This document shows positions 10,783 to 21,618 of a DNA stretch of 64,000 bases, one piece after another (the stretch's first letter is position 1; each line of letters starts with the position of its first letter). Location: NCBI GenBank assembly GCA_963663405.2, contig CAXXSM010000053.1, positions 160,001-224,000 of the forward strand, read 5' to 3'. Position numbers and translations under genes: made by a program. This DNA is from a bacterium. Its GTDB lineage: Bacteria > Hinthialibacterota > Hinthialibacteria > Hinthialibacterales > Hinthialibacteraceae. The notes under the pieces are model-generated. The model saw only the letters and a program-made list of their open reading frames with translations, had not been told where the DNA came from and did not search any database.

Positions 10783-11637
10783 CTATTCCCCCCGAAAAAC
10801 GGGCTTCAATGGATCGATCCCCAATTTCTCCCTAGCCGCGTTCACCATCGGCCCTGGATCATTCACAAGTGGAAACTCAACACCGGCGGTTAATAACTTA
10901 CATAGGATTTCAGGCGTTTCCGCTCCATAGTAATTGATACGGATTCCATGTTTTTTCAATTTAGAAATCACATCAGATTTCACAGTCCCCTTACCGAGAA
11001 GTTGAATGAATTGCGCGCCGGACTCAATTGTTTGATTCGCGTAGTCCATTGAATTCTGTTGCCGGTCCATGTTGCAGATTTTGATCTGCGGGAAGATCTT
11101 ACGGGCGCCTTGGGCCGCGGCCGCGCCGCAAGCGAGAAACGATTGACGCTGACGCTTTTCCTTCACGATCGTTTCCGCGACTTTGGCGCCGAGTTCCTCC
11201 CCGCCTTTTAGATGAACGTTTAACCAAACATTCTCCGGCATAATCCGGAGCGTTTCCGTAAGGGTGGGAATACGCGTTCCCTTAAACCGTTCGCTCTTTT
11301 TTATCCCCGCGTCCAGTTGACGTAATTCTTCCAGCGTGAGCTGAGAAACTTCACCTGTTCCATCCGTGGTTCGGTCGACGGTGGAATCATGCAGGATGAC
11401 CAAATGACCGTCTTTTGATAGTTGCACATCAAATTCGATCATGTGGACTCCGAGTCGAATCGCCTCTTGAAAAGCGGGCAGCGTATTCTCTGGATGAGTC
11501 GTCATCGCCCCGCGATGCGCGCATACTCCCCGTTCCGGAAGAGTGATCCGGCTTGATAATTCCTTGGCGCCGCCTTCATTCATAACGCACGTTGAAACAA
11601 AGATCAACGCAATAATGAATTGAACAATCGTTCTCAT
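10783..11637 (-). CDS. Glycerophosphodiester phosphodiesterase family protein
   Basis: AHRG...PENTLPAF, IEFDVQLSKDG.LVILHD.TVDRTTDG motifs and a signal peptide. Confidence 0.92.
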   Translation of the reverse strand: MRTIVQFIIALIFVSTCVMNEGGAKELSSRITLPERGVCAHRGAMTTHPENTLPAFQEAIRLGVHMIEFDVQLSKDGHLVILHDSTVDRTTDGTGEVSQLTLEELRQLDAGIKKSERFKGTRIPTLTETLRIMPENVWLNVHLKGGEELGAKVAETIVKEKRQRQSFLACGAAAAQGARKIFPQIKICNMDRQQNSMDYANQTIESGAQFIQLLGKGTVKSDVISKLKKHGIRINYYGAETPEILCKLLTAGVEFPLVNDPGPMVNAAREKLGIDPLKPVFRGE

Positions 11638-11700
11638 TTGAATGTACCTTCCTCTTAAACGAATTGGGGGGATTGTGAAAGAATCGTAGAAATATAATTC

Positions 11701-11754
11701 TGAGGTCGAAGACCGAAGAAACCCCTTCAGCCTTCAGCCTAAAACCTTCAACCT
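11701..11754. repeat. Degenerate 7-bp tandem units (CCTTCAG-like) with partial complementary arm
   Basis: ccttcag ccttcag cctaaaa ccttcaa cct, preceded by GAAG-containing units, directly after the DUF481 stop codon. Confidence 0.5.
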
Positions 11755-11755
11755 A

Positions 11756-12790
11756 TTAAAATGAATACCCGACGCCCACGTTGTATTTCCAATCTGCGCT
11801 CTTCCGTCCGGTCGCGGGAGTGTTGTCGTATTCAAAGCGGACACCGGCGTTAAATGACCAGCGGTCCGTCCATTTCCACATAAGAGAACCGTCCGAAATC
11901 GCTAGCCAATCTTCCGTATCTTCAAAGCCCAAGAGAAATTCTGTATTGTGGTTGAATTGAAGAAGGTCTTTAATCAACCACCAATCAAAGTGATACGCTG
12001 CGCGGCCGGCGGCGTAGGTCTCATCATCAACGTCTAATTTAAAATCTTCATTCACGTATGAGAGACCCCCTTCACCGAAGAAGTTATATATCTCGGTTTC
12101 GATCCATTGATACCCTAGACCCAGGCCACCAGTGGATCGCAGGCGCAAATCCTTGATTTCATCCCGATCCAGCCGGCTGTTCAAATAACCAAAGAGTTTT
12201 TTGGTAAAGAAATAATCGTATTTTCCGGAGAGGAACTGGTCGTCGCGGGTGGCGTCGCTGTCGTTCTCCGTATAATAATATCCACCCTTCAACGTGATGC
12301 GGTCGTCATCGCGGCGCCGGTTAAGATCCGCGCTGACGCCTGCTCCTTTCGTATCCGTGTTCCCTTCGGTGATCGAAAGACTTCCCACGATCGAGCCATG
12401 CCATTGAATGGGAGTGGGGGTTGGAGGCGCTGGGGGGGGCGGAGGATCAATGGCGGCGATGTCAGCAGCGTTAACGGAAAACACGGTTTGGCTCGTTTCC
12501 CGTTTCACTTCCAAAGCGTCCGTATCCGTCTTCGACACGGTTCCCACAATCACGCTTCCATCCGAAAGATGAATCGGTTTTGTCTGTTCCGTTTCGATCG
12601 ACGCCACTTGATCCCAAGGGATGGTCAATTCTCCAGCGAATTGGGTTTTGATCGTCACTTTCCCTTGATCCAAATGAATGACTTCACCAACAATTACACT
12701 GCCGTCTTTCGTTTGGATCGTGTCGGCGAAAGAGATCGCGCAGATCGCGCAGGCTAGAATGAGGGATATACAATAGATGCGTGTTTTCAA
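11756..12790 (-). CDS. DUF481-family outer-membrane beta-barrel protein
   Basis: Signal peptide, ADTIQTKDGSVIVG N-domain, Pro-rich linker, alternating beta-strands, C-terminal GVGYSF. TTG start at 12790 chosen for its GAGG RBS. Confidence 0.85.
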   Translation of the reverse strand: MKTRIYCISLILACAICAISFADTIQTKDGSVIVGEVIHLDQGKVTIKTQFAGELTIPWDQVASIETEQTKPIHLSDGSVIVGTVSKTDTDALEVKRETSQTVFSVNAADIAAIDPPPPPAPPTPTPIQWHGSIVGSLSITEGNTDTKGAGVSADLNRRRDDDRITLKGGYYYTENDSDATRDDQFLSGKYDYFFTKKLFGYLNSRLDRDEIKDLRLRSTGGLGLGYQWIETEIYNFFGEGGLSYVNEDFKLDVDDETYAAGRAAYHFDWWLIKDLLQFNHNTEFLLGFEDTEDWLAISDGSLMWKWTDRWSFNAGVRFEYDNTPATGRKSADWKYNVGVGYSF

Positions 12791-12832
12791 TGGTTTCCTC
12801 ACTTTTATATGAAAATGAGTTCCTAAGGGCAT

Positions 12833-12862
12833 GTAGGGTGGGTCGCGTCTTTATGACCCACC
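12833..12862 (+). repeat. GTAG-type REP palindrome (family A)
   Basis: GTAG GGTGGGTC-GCGTCTTTAT-GACCCACC; near-identical copy at 46973. Confidence 0.8.
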
Positions 12863-13008
12863 ATTTTTGTGAATCATTCCCTACTTCAACTCATTTTCAT
12901 TTGCAGTTTTGATCTCGATCATGTGGTTTATATTAATTGACTCCAATGTGCAATATAGAAACTCCAACCGCATTGTCAAGGGAATCTTCTATCCATCCGC
13001 TTGAGTTT

Positions 13009-15168
13009 TTATTCTTGTATAGTAATGATTCTCCACGCTATAGAAGTCCGCCCTGCGACGTCACAAACCGCCGCCCTTAGCCGGTACGTTCCTGGACGAT
13101 CGATCCGAAACTGAATGTCGGCTGTATTTTCTTTCAGAGTCTGGTTTTTTTCATACTCGAACGGATGGGAGAGACAGTGATAATCTTCTTCTTCCGGCCC
13201 AAAAAGTTCCCACAATACTTTTTGATTGATATATACGCCGTCTTCATTCGATCCTGGAGTGTAATAGATCGGAGCGGCCCCTTCAGTCAAACGAGCCTTC
13301 GCGGTAATAGTGGTGGGAACATCATCTGTTGATTTCGAAATAGAAACGCCGATTTGGGGAGGCGCCCCATCCGGCCGCATAGGAACTCGTGGATGCGAAA
13401 GAATCGTACGGCGCCCATCCTTCTCCACCGCGATGGTTCCATCTTCAAGAATGCGAACGATCTCCCGGTAGCCGGATGGATCGAACGAATCAAGATCCCA
13501 AAATAAATCAAACGCGATCCCCAATCGAAGACAGCGTTCGATTTCGATAAAGAAATGGTTCATCACAGCGCGGTATGGAACACCATATTGATTGCAGCAT
13601 TCCAGGTTCAATTCCCCAACGCCCCATAGATCGCCTCTCCCCATATGCACATGACCGAAATTATATCCAGGAGGGATTAGAATAGCGATTTCAGCCGCCT
13701 GTTTTAACCGTTCCAAATCCCGATGCGGATGACTTTCAATATGATTCCGCAGATTCCGCGCCAGCGCCAGACATTCACTATAGGGAACGCAGGCCAACCG
13801 ATGGGAATCCCAAAAGAAAAACCGCTCCGCTCCCATGTCATAGGCGTGAGTGAGAAACCAAAACGCGTCGTCCCTGTCTACGGAACCATAGATACTCGTT
13901 CCCCATGTCTTCCCCGTCACCCGCGCCGCGCCCCGCAGAAAACCATAGATGATATCAATGAAATTCTTCGGAGAATCAACGGGAATCTGACATTGATAGG
14001 TCATATTCATTTCAGGCAGTGTCCGCCGGGAACCGATCCGTCCCGGCGGTTCAAACACGATCGCGTCCGGCGGCCCATTCTTCTGTTCGGCCAGCTGATG
14101 CAGCGCCGTGCTGACAAATGTCTCCCATGAATATACATTTTTCTGAAGAAATTCCATCTCTCCGATATCTACATCAGAACGCCCCGCCAATCCGCGTAGC
14201 AGCGCAGTGGGATTCCCTTCGTTTTTCGCTTTCGCAAAGAGTTGTTTAAATTGATCGAAACAGAAATCGAGTGTGATGGATTTTCGAAATTCCAGTTCTT
14301 CCCGCAAACGGGGACGAATGACGTGATCTCTCGTATGAACTCCCGGTTCATCCAAAAAAATTGTGGGGCCAAGGTATGCGCTGCGATACAATTCTTCGGG
14401 ATACCGAATGTCTTTTCCCTGAAGGCCCCAATAAAACACAGGTCTGTAAATAAGCCAATCCGCCTGTTCCCGATCAACGCGAAAACAGTTCATCCCCGCG
14501 TCAATCATCTCATCATAATCAGCCCGCGTCAGGCGGACGAGTTCATAATCCGAATCATCAAACCGCCGCGTATCGTCTACCTGCTTTGTATTATGAGGCA
14601 CGCCGATCAACGCGTCCGGAAGAAGTTCGAGAACGTGAATCTCTGAAGGGCAGGGGATAAAGTCAGATGAAGTCCGGTTTTCAAGTGTATACGAGTTTCC
14701 CAGATACCGCATTCTGTTTGAGACGAGAATGGAATCACCGTTTCCCACAGGCCGGGGCCAAAGATGTTCCCAACCGCCAAGCGCAGGCAGAACCGCTTCA
14801 CCCGTATACTCATGCCGGAACTCAACGGCTTGCCGATTTCCTTCCTGCAGGATATACCGTTTAATCGATTGCTCGTCTTTCTCAACCGTCGTAGAAGGAT
14901 ACCCGCTGGATAAAATCCAAATCGTAAAACGTTCTTGATTCGTCTTCACCCCATCCAGCCGCAGCCATTGCAATCGTTCTCCCTCTTTTTCCTTCAATGG
15001 GCCAAGGCGAAGACATACTCTCTCTACAACCGATTCAGGAATCGCTCCGTCATTTTCCAAACGGTATTCCACCATAAGATCCGGTTCCCCGATCGGATAC
15101 TCTTGTCCTGCGGCGATATCAAGACTCAAGAAAAAGGCGCACAAAGAAATTAAAAACGTATAATACAT
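13009..15168 (-). CDS. Secreted hypothetical protein with C-terminal PKD/Ig-like segment
   Basis: Long ORF (to 15213). ATG at 15168 has an RBS and a signal peptide. Ends PGTYRLRAAVCDVAGR. No family recognised. Confidence 0.75.
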   Translation of the reverse strand: MYYTFLISLCAFFLSLDIAAGQEYPIGEPDLMVEYRLENDGAIPESVVERVCLRLGPLKEKEGERLQWLRLDGVKTNQERFTIWILSSGYPSTTVEKDEQSIKRYILQEGNRQAVEFRHEYTGEAVLPALGGWEHLWPRPVGNGDSILVSNRMRYLGNSYTLENRTSSDFIPCPSEIHVLELLPDALIGVPHNTKQVDDTRRFDDSDYELVRLTRADYDEMIDAGMNCFRVDREQADWLIYRPVFYWGLQGKDIRYPEELYRSAYLGPTIFLDEPGVHTRDHVIRPRLREELEFRKSITLDFCFDQFKQLFAKAKNEGNPTALLRGLAGRSDVDIGEMEFLQKNVYSWETFVSTALHQLAEQKNGPPDAIVFEPPGRIGSRRTLPEMNMTYQCQIPVDSPKNFIDIIYGFLRGAARVTGKTWGTSIYGSVDRDDAFWFLTHAYDMGAERFFFWDSHRLACVPYSECLALARNLRNHIESHPHRDLERLKQAAEIAILIPPGYNFGHVHMGRGDLWGVGELNLECCNQYGVPYRAVMNHFFIEIERCLRLGIAFDLFWDLDSFDPSGYREIVRILEDGTIAVEKDGRRTILSHPRVPMRPDGAPPQIGVSISKSTDDVPTTITAKARLTEGAAPIYYTPGSNEDGVYINQKVLWELFGPEEEDYHCLSHPFEYEKNQTLKENTADIQFRIDRPGTYRLRAAVCDVAGRTSIAWRIITIQE

Positions 15169-15535
15169 CCAGAATACTCCTATCCTCATTTCATGACCTG
15201 CAAACAGAATCAATTCTGTAAACGTTTAATTATTCAATTTGCTGCTCTATACAAAAGGTTTAGATAATCATAACATAGAGTTTTTAAGAACGTCAATGTT
15301 GTGAAAGTTAAAAGCATAAAGTTTTTTGCTTTTTGCTTTGAGTTTATTGATGGTAAGTTTAATGTAATATTTTTAAAATCTTGATTTCTTATTGATCTAG
15401 AGGGTGAAGTTCTTTCGAATATCATTCAGCATTGCATGAACTATGAAAATTGCAGTTTAATTAATATATGAGGTAGAAAGATAGACTATTAAATTTCTTT
15501 TGTTTATTTAATGTAGTGATGAAAAGGGAATTGCT

Positions 15536-16606
15536 GTGAATAATCAGAATGATATATCTTCACTATATACTCTCATTGGATTTATTGTTGGTGTATTTGG
15601 TTTTGTTTTAGGTATATATGGTATTGCTTGTACTCTTATTACATCTAAAACAAAACATAATTTTCTTTGGGTGATTTTTGTGATAATCGTATGCAGTAGT
15701 ATTTTAATAATTGGATATATCCTATTTAATAAATTTACTTCTCAATATCCTACGGGGAATAATGAAATTCTACCAACGCGAATTCAACCTACATTTACAC
15801 CTACAATAAAACCTACAAATTCACAAAGTTTACCTTCAAGAATTGAGTTTCAATTATTAGATGAAATTACAATTATCTTTACCGAAATCCAACCAGATAC
15901 ATTTATTATGGGTAGTCCAGATGATGAGATAGATAAGAAGGATACTGATAATGACGAATTATTGCACCGAGTTTCAATTACTCAATCTTTTTGGATATCA
16001 ATATATGAAGTAACAAATGAACAATACTTATGCTTTGATCAGAAACATTCTAGTGGGGAGCATTATGATGATCCAAAACAACCCGTAGTTAATGTTACTT
16101 GGGATAATGCTTTTTCTTTTTGCGAATGGATCTCAAATTATCTGGGTAAAAATATCAATTTACCAACTGAAGCGCAATGGGAATATGCTTGTCGAGCTGA
16201 AACAACTGAACGAAGATATTGGAAAGAGGATAGTGGTAGTTTGCAAACATGTAAATATGCAAATGTTGCAGATATGTCATATAAGAAATTAAGAAATAAT
16301 ATTACAAACTACTTCAAATGTAACGATCAATATATGTTTACCGCACCGGTAGGACAATTTCTTCCAAATAAGTATGGATTATATGATATGCAGGGAAATG
16401 TTTATGAATGGTGTTTGGATTATTATAGAAAATATCCAGATTTAGATCAAGTTGATCCTAAAGGACCAACAGAAGGAAGTAAACGTGTTCTCAGAGGTGG
16501 ATCGTTTACAAGTGCTGCTGGAGATATACGCTCAGCAGATAGGTTTAGTAAGACACCAAATTACAAAAAAGAAACTGTTGGATTTAGAGTAGTTCTTATA
16601 CCGTAG
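15536..16606 (+). CDS. Membrane-anchored formylglycine-generating enzyme family (FGE-sulfatase/SUMF1) protein
   Basis: Two N-terminal hydrophobic helices; F.MGS, YEVTNEQY, PVVNVTW, LPTEAQWEYACRA, NKYGLYDMQGNVYEWC, RGGSF, GFRVV. Strongly AT-rich. Confidence 0.9.
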   Translation: MNNQNDISSLYTLIGFIVGVFGFVLGIYGIACTLITSKTKHNFLWVIFVIIVCSSILIIGYILFNKFTSQYPTGNNEILPTRIQPTFTPTIKPTNSQSLPSRIEFQLLDEITIIFTEIQPDTFIMGSPDDEIDKKDTDNDELLHRVSITQSFWISIYEVTNEQYLCFDQKHSSGEHYDDPKQPVVNVTWDNAFSFCEWISNYLGKNINLPTEAQWEYACRAETTERRYWKEDSGSLQTCKYANVADMSYKKLRNNITNYFKCNDQYMFTAPVGQFLPNKYGLYDMQGNVYEWCLDYYRKYPDLDQVDPKGPTEGSKRVLRGGSFTSAAGDIRSADRFSKTPNYKKETVGFRVVLIP

Positions 16607-18384
16607 TTAATGGAGGTGTATTTAATGAGAAGCAATATCAATTACATTGCATGGGCGTTTCTTTGTACGATTCTGATCGGAGCGGCATCTCCCCTGCAAG
16701 CGGCCTCATCGAATTCGATCGCAATAGAAGCGCAGGATCTTACCGGCCTGCGTGGATTACGGCCTGTATCCGGTGGAATTCCCATCGCGGAAGGAGAAGC
16801 GCCGGAAGGAACAACGTTCACGCTGCTCGATGAAAACGGCGCCCCTGTCCCCTGTCAAACATCCACACTAGGCGTATGGAAAGATAAAAGCGTCAAGTGG
16901 ACACTGCTAAATTTCCAAGCCGATCCACCTCCCAATGGAATGAGTCAATATCAACTCGTCTGGGGAAAGGAAAATCCACAAGCCAATCCCAAAATTCCAG
17001 TTGAAGTGGAAACCGGCGCCATTCCCATCCTGCGCACCGGCGCTCTCACAATCCGCCCCATTGAAACCGGTGTCCTGCGCATAGCGGAACGGTTGGATAT
17101 TGCGTTCACGCTCGATCGCGCCAACGGCGTTGTCGAATCGATCGAGGTGGAAGAAGAAGGATCGATACGATCAACGCTTCGGTTGAAAGGATCGTTTCAA
17201 ACAAACGAAGGCGCGCGGATTGTTAGCTTTCAAATGATAGTCTCGATCTATGCCGGATTATCGAAAATCTTTCTCGAACCGTTAATCCTCATCGATCCAG
17301 AGGAAGAGATTATTCAATACATCCACGATCTAAGCCTGCGGTTCAAAATTCTCCATCCGCTCCAGTCCGCTAAAATCGGAGGTGATACCGAATGGCATGG
17401 GGGAGCGGAATCCAATGTACGGCTCTTTCAAATCGATGATAGACAATACGAAATTGAAGGAACCACTCTCAAAGGAGAGAAAGCGCCGGGTTGGGCGGAG
17501 ATCACGGATGAGCAAGGAACGATGGCGTTCGCGATCCGGGATTTCTGGCAGGAATGGCCCAAGAGCATTGCAGTGAAGGATAACCAACTGGCGATTGGTT
17601 TATTCCCTTCTTTTGAAGCAGGCGCCTTTGATCATATGGAACCTTGGTACAAATACGATTATCTGTTCAAAGACAACACATACCGCCTGCGCACAGGCCA
17701 AGCGCGCCGGTGGCGGATTTGGATCGATCTGGAGGGAAACGGAGCCGCATTAGTGAAACATGCCAACGCGCCATTGGTTCCATCCACCGATCCCAAACAA
17801 GCGATCGCGGCGGGAGTATGGGGCTGGATTGCCCCCGCGGGCTCTCCAGGAATGGATGAGTACGACCGATGGGCCGAGAATCTTTTCTTCAATGGTTATT
17901 GCCACTCGATTAAAGAACAACGCGATTACGGCGCGATGAATTGGGGCGATTGGTTCGGTGAACGGCGCGTCAATTGGGGAAACCACGAATACGACACTCC
18001 CAAACATATCCTGGTCCAATTCGCGCGGACAGGCGATCCACGCTATTTTCATATGGGAGACACCGCCGCGCGGCATACAAGCGAAGTGGACGTTGTCCAT
18101 TTTATCAATGAGGATTTAAGGCGCTATTTCAACGAGAGCTCCGATTATCCAGCGCGGCCGGGAATCGTTCACCAACATATGGTTGGACACGTCGGTGGTT
18201 TTCATAGCATGGAACAAATGAAGGAACTGTATCTCTCCTTCAATGTTGGAAACACCGATAATCCATACATTTGTTGGAGCCCATTCAACCTGGGGCACAT
18301 CTGGACGCAGGGAATGGTCTATCAATATTTTCTCACGGGCGATCCCTGGGTAAAAGAGACAATCCAAAAGATCGGCGATAATCT

Positions 18385-20715
18385 CAGACCTCCTGAGCTG
18401 GGCCGGGGGATTCCGTAGAGTTGATGATTTTGGCAAGATACCTTTTTGGGGATAAAAACGATCGATCCAAAAAGGAGCCCGGTTGATGCCACAAGGATTC
18501 TTACCCCACTTTGCCGATGTCGAGGAAGGCTACATCACCGATGTACTCTCGTACCGGAAGCAGGACGGTTCGGTCTATTATTTTCATGGCGCCTTTCCTA
18601 TTTACACGCATCCGGAAACCGATCAAAAGAGTTTCCGTTTGATTACCAGTCAGTTTGTCGTGAACGGGCAATGCACGCAAATGGAGATTGTCCGAGCGTT
18701 TGGCGTGAGCGCGATCAGCGTGAAGCGGTGGGTCAAGAAATACCGGAAAGGCGGAGCGGCGGCGTTTTTTGAAACGCCTCGAACGCGAGGCGCGCATGTC
18801 TTGACAAAAGACGTCCTCCAGCAAGCGCAAGAGTTCTTGAACGAGGGGCTCTCTCGAGCGGAGATCGCCGATCAGTTGGGCCTTAAGCGGAATACGTTGA
18901 ATAAGGCGATCCAAGCCGGCCGCCTGGTGGAGCCGCTAAAAAAAACGATGCCGGAGGCCGCCCGAAAAGCGAGCGAAGCGTAGAAGACAGCCAAGCGGCG
19001 ATGGGGATGGGCTGTACGCGAATGGTGGAGCGGGTCTGCGCGGCGACCGGGCAGTTGGAGGAAGCCCCGACTCGTTTCGAGACGGAATTGGATGTGGCGC
19101 AAGGCGGCGTGTTATGGGCGATGCCCGCGTTACTCGCCAACGGGCTGCTGAAGAATGTCTCGAAGAACTTTTCTCTCCCCAAAGGATTTTACAGTTGCGT
19201 CCACATTTTTATTGTGTTGGCTTTCATGGCGTTGACGCGGATCAAAACGCCGGAACAGTTGCGCTATCATCCCGCGGGGGAAGGGGGCAAGTTACTGGGC
19301 TTAGATCGAATTCCCGAAGTGCGGACCCTGCGGGAAAAAATCAAAATTCTCGCCCAACCAGACCAGATCAAAGAATGGGGGGACGAATTGTCCCGGGAGT
19401 GGATGGAGGCGGATCCGGACGCGGCGGGCGTTTTATATGTCGATGGTCATGTCCGCGTCTATCACGGTTCGCAAACGAAACTGCCCCGCCGCTATGTCGC
19501 GCGTCAACGATTATGTTTGCGTGGACTCACCGACTATTGGGTGAACGACGGCGAAGGCCGCCCCTTCTTTGTGGTGAGCACTCCATTCACCACCGGCTTG
19601 TTGGATCGGCTCAAACAAGACATTGTTCCACAGTTGCTAAAAGATGTTCCCCATCAACCCACAGCCGAAACCCTCGAATCCAATCCTTATTTCCACCGGT
19701 TCATCCTGGTGTTCGACCGGGAAGGCTATAGCCCTGAGTTCTTCGCTCAGATGTGGGATTCGCGGATCGCGTGTCAAACGTACCGCAAGTTTCAGGGAGA
19801 AGATTGGCCAGTTTCAGAATTCGAGACAGTGAATGTGCGTCTGCCTGGTGGGCATGAATCGCCGATGCGCTTGGCCGAGAGAGGCGTCTTTCTGGGAGGA
19901 AAAATCTGGGTGCGGGAGATTCGCAAGTTGGGGGATACAGGGCATCAAACCGCTGTGATCAGTACGGATTATACATCGGATGCGAGTCAACTGGCGGCGC
20001 ATATGTTCGCGCGTTGGTGTCAGGAAAACTTCTTTCGGTACATGATGGAACACTTTCATTTAGATGGACTTATCGGGTATGAAACGGTCTTGCCGGATGA
20101 GACGATGAAAGTGGTGAATCCGGCCTATCGGAAATTGGAAAGTCAGATCAAAAGCCTGGCGGGGAAAAAGACTCGAAAGCAAGCGGAATTCGGCGCCCTT
20201 GTCCTAAAGGAATCCTCCGATCCGAAAGAGATCGAATGCTATGAAATCCAGAAAGGCGCCCTCCTTGAAGAGATCGGAGGGATGGAGAAACAACTCGATG
20301 AGTTCAAGCGGAGCCGGAAGCAAACGAAAAAGCATATCGCGTTTGTGGACTTGCCAGAGGAGGCAAAATTTCACCAATTGGCTCCAGCGAAGAAACAATT
20401 CATGGATACGATTCGAATGATTGCGTATCGGGCGGAAACGGCGATGGTGGCAATCCTGCGGGAGGTGCTGAGCCGGGGAGACGATGCGCGTTCGTTGGCG
20501 CGGGAAATCATGACCACCGAGGCGGATCTGATTCCCGATGAAGAAAAAGAGATTCTCACGGTTCGGCTCCATCACTTGACCAACCGCCTTTCCGATCAAG
20601 CCGCCCGTCATTTGGCCGCTCAATTGAATGAAACCGAAACCATTTATCCTGGCACGAATCTACGTCTCGTTTACCAATTGGTGTCAGATCAATATCCCCC
20701 AGATCAGGAGGCCTG
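18385..20715 (+). mobile_element. Complete 2331-bp insertion sequence (unclassified/ISNCY-like, two ORFs)
   Basis: Left end CAGACCTCCTGAGCTGGG versus right end reverse complement CAGGCCTCCTGATCTGGG (16/18). Direct repeat AATCT at 18380-18384 and 20716-20720. Confidence 0.95.
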
Positions 20716-20716
20716 A
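18483..20716 (+). CDS. Transposase, HTH orfA (18483..18983) fused to DDE-type orfB (19001..20716) by a probable -1 frameshift
   Basis: A8 run at 18938-18945; the -1 frame reads KKNDAGGRPKSERSVEDSQAAMGMG into orfB. Candidate catalytic residues in LYVDGH, VFDREGYS and RWCQENFF. Confidence 0.88.
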
Positions 20717-21456
20717 ATCTAGTCCAGCTCGTTCTCGATCGGAAATTCAAATTCAAAGGGCACAGTCACTGCGGCCGGGTCAACGGCTGGACCATGCTCG
20801 CGATCGCGGGCGCTTCCGAACTGAATCCGCTTGATCCACGCTATCTCGAAGCGATGAAACTGCTCGCCGATGACGCCCTTTCCGAGCAGGATCCCAACTC
20901 TGGGGGGTGGCATTACACACTCCCTTGGGGGCACTGCAACTGCAAAACGAAGCATGTGGGAGAAGCGGGCTTTATTGGATCGATTCGGATCAACGGTCTA
21001 TGCGAATATTACGAACGGACAGGGGATGAGCGCATTCCAGATGCGGTTCGCCGGGCCGTGACGCATCTCAATCGAGACACGTGGCAGGAACAATACAGCG
21101 GATGGCGCTACACGTCATGTCCCGCGTCTTCATCTGGACCGGGCCGTCAAACCGGCGTGACGGTCATGGCTCTCGTGAACAGCGTAAAACTCACCGGTGA
21201 TCCCGAACATTTACGCATATTAAAAAAAGCCTGGAAAGCCAAATTTGAACGGTTAAAAACAGCCCCCGCCTCAAGTCCCGGTTTTGGAAAAACCTACTCA
21301 ACCATTGTTTACGGCTGCCCGGAAGCAATGAACCTATTCATAAACGGAGGCCAATACACGGAATCGGCAAAGGAAGAATGATTAAGTAAGGTTTTCTGGC
21401 TCATCCGGTGAGTGAGTGCGTTTCGAAAAAACGAACCGAATTCTTTAAAAAAGAGT

Positions 21457-21490
21457 GGGTAGCAAAGGCAAGGCGTTTTTCTGCCTTTGC
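21457..21490 (+). repeat. Intergenic hairpin repeat family B, copy 1
   Basis: GGGTA GCAAAGGCA AGGCGTTTTTC TGCCTTTGC, between convergent genes. Confidence 0.85.
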
Positions 21491-21618
21491 CTTATTCCAA
21501 ACCATATTCGAATAGCGCAATAACTGATATCCCTCTAATTCTATGTGATCATTGTTGGAAGAGATCATTAATAAGTACTCACTTGCCAAATAAACCATAT
21601 TCTGTAAACAAAACAAAA

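Larger units (their letters stand above)
16625..21381 (+). pseudogene. PL26/YetA-like (exo-rhamnogalacturonan lyase-type) secreted protein interrupted by an IS
   Basis: N-part has PVSGGIP..G, WKDKSVKW, RDFWQEWPK, YGAMNWGD, WGNHEYD. Removing 18385..20720 restores one frame (IGDN-LVQLVLDRKF...GWTMLAIAG) continuous with ORF 20794..21381, giving 806 aa. Confidence 0.85.

Noticed and set aside
15536-16606. Diversity-generating retroelement
   Set aside because: No reverse transcriptase or template repeat is visible in this window.
19114-19731. Overlapping 205-aa ORF inside the transposase, and many other antisense or alternate-frame ORFs
   Set aside because: Shadow ORFs of GC-rich coding sequence with no recognisable motifs.
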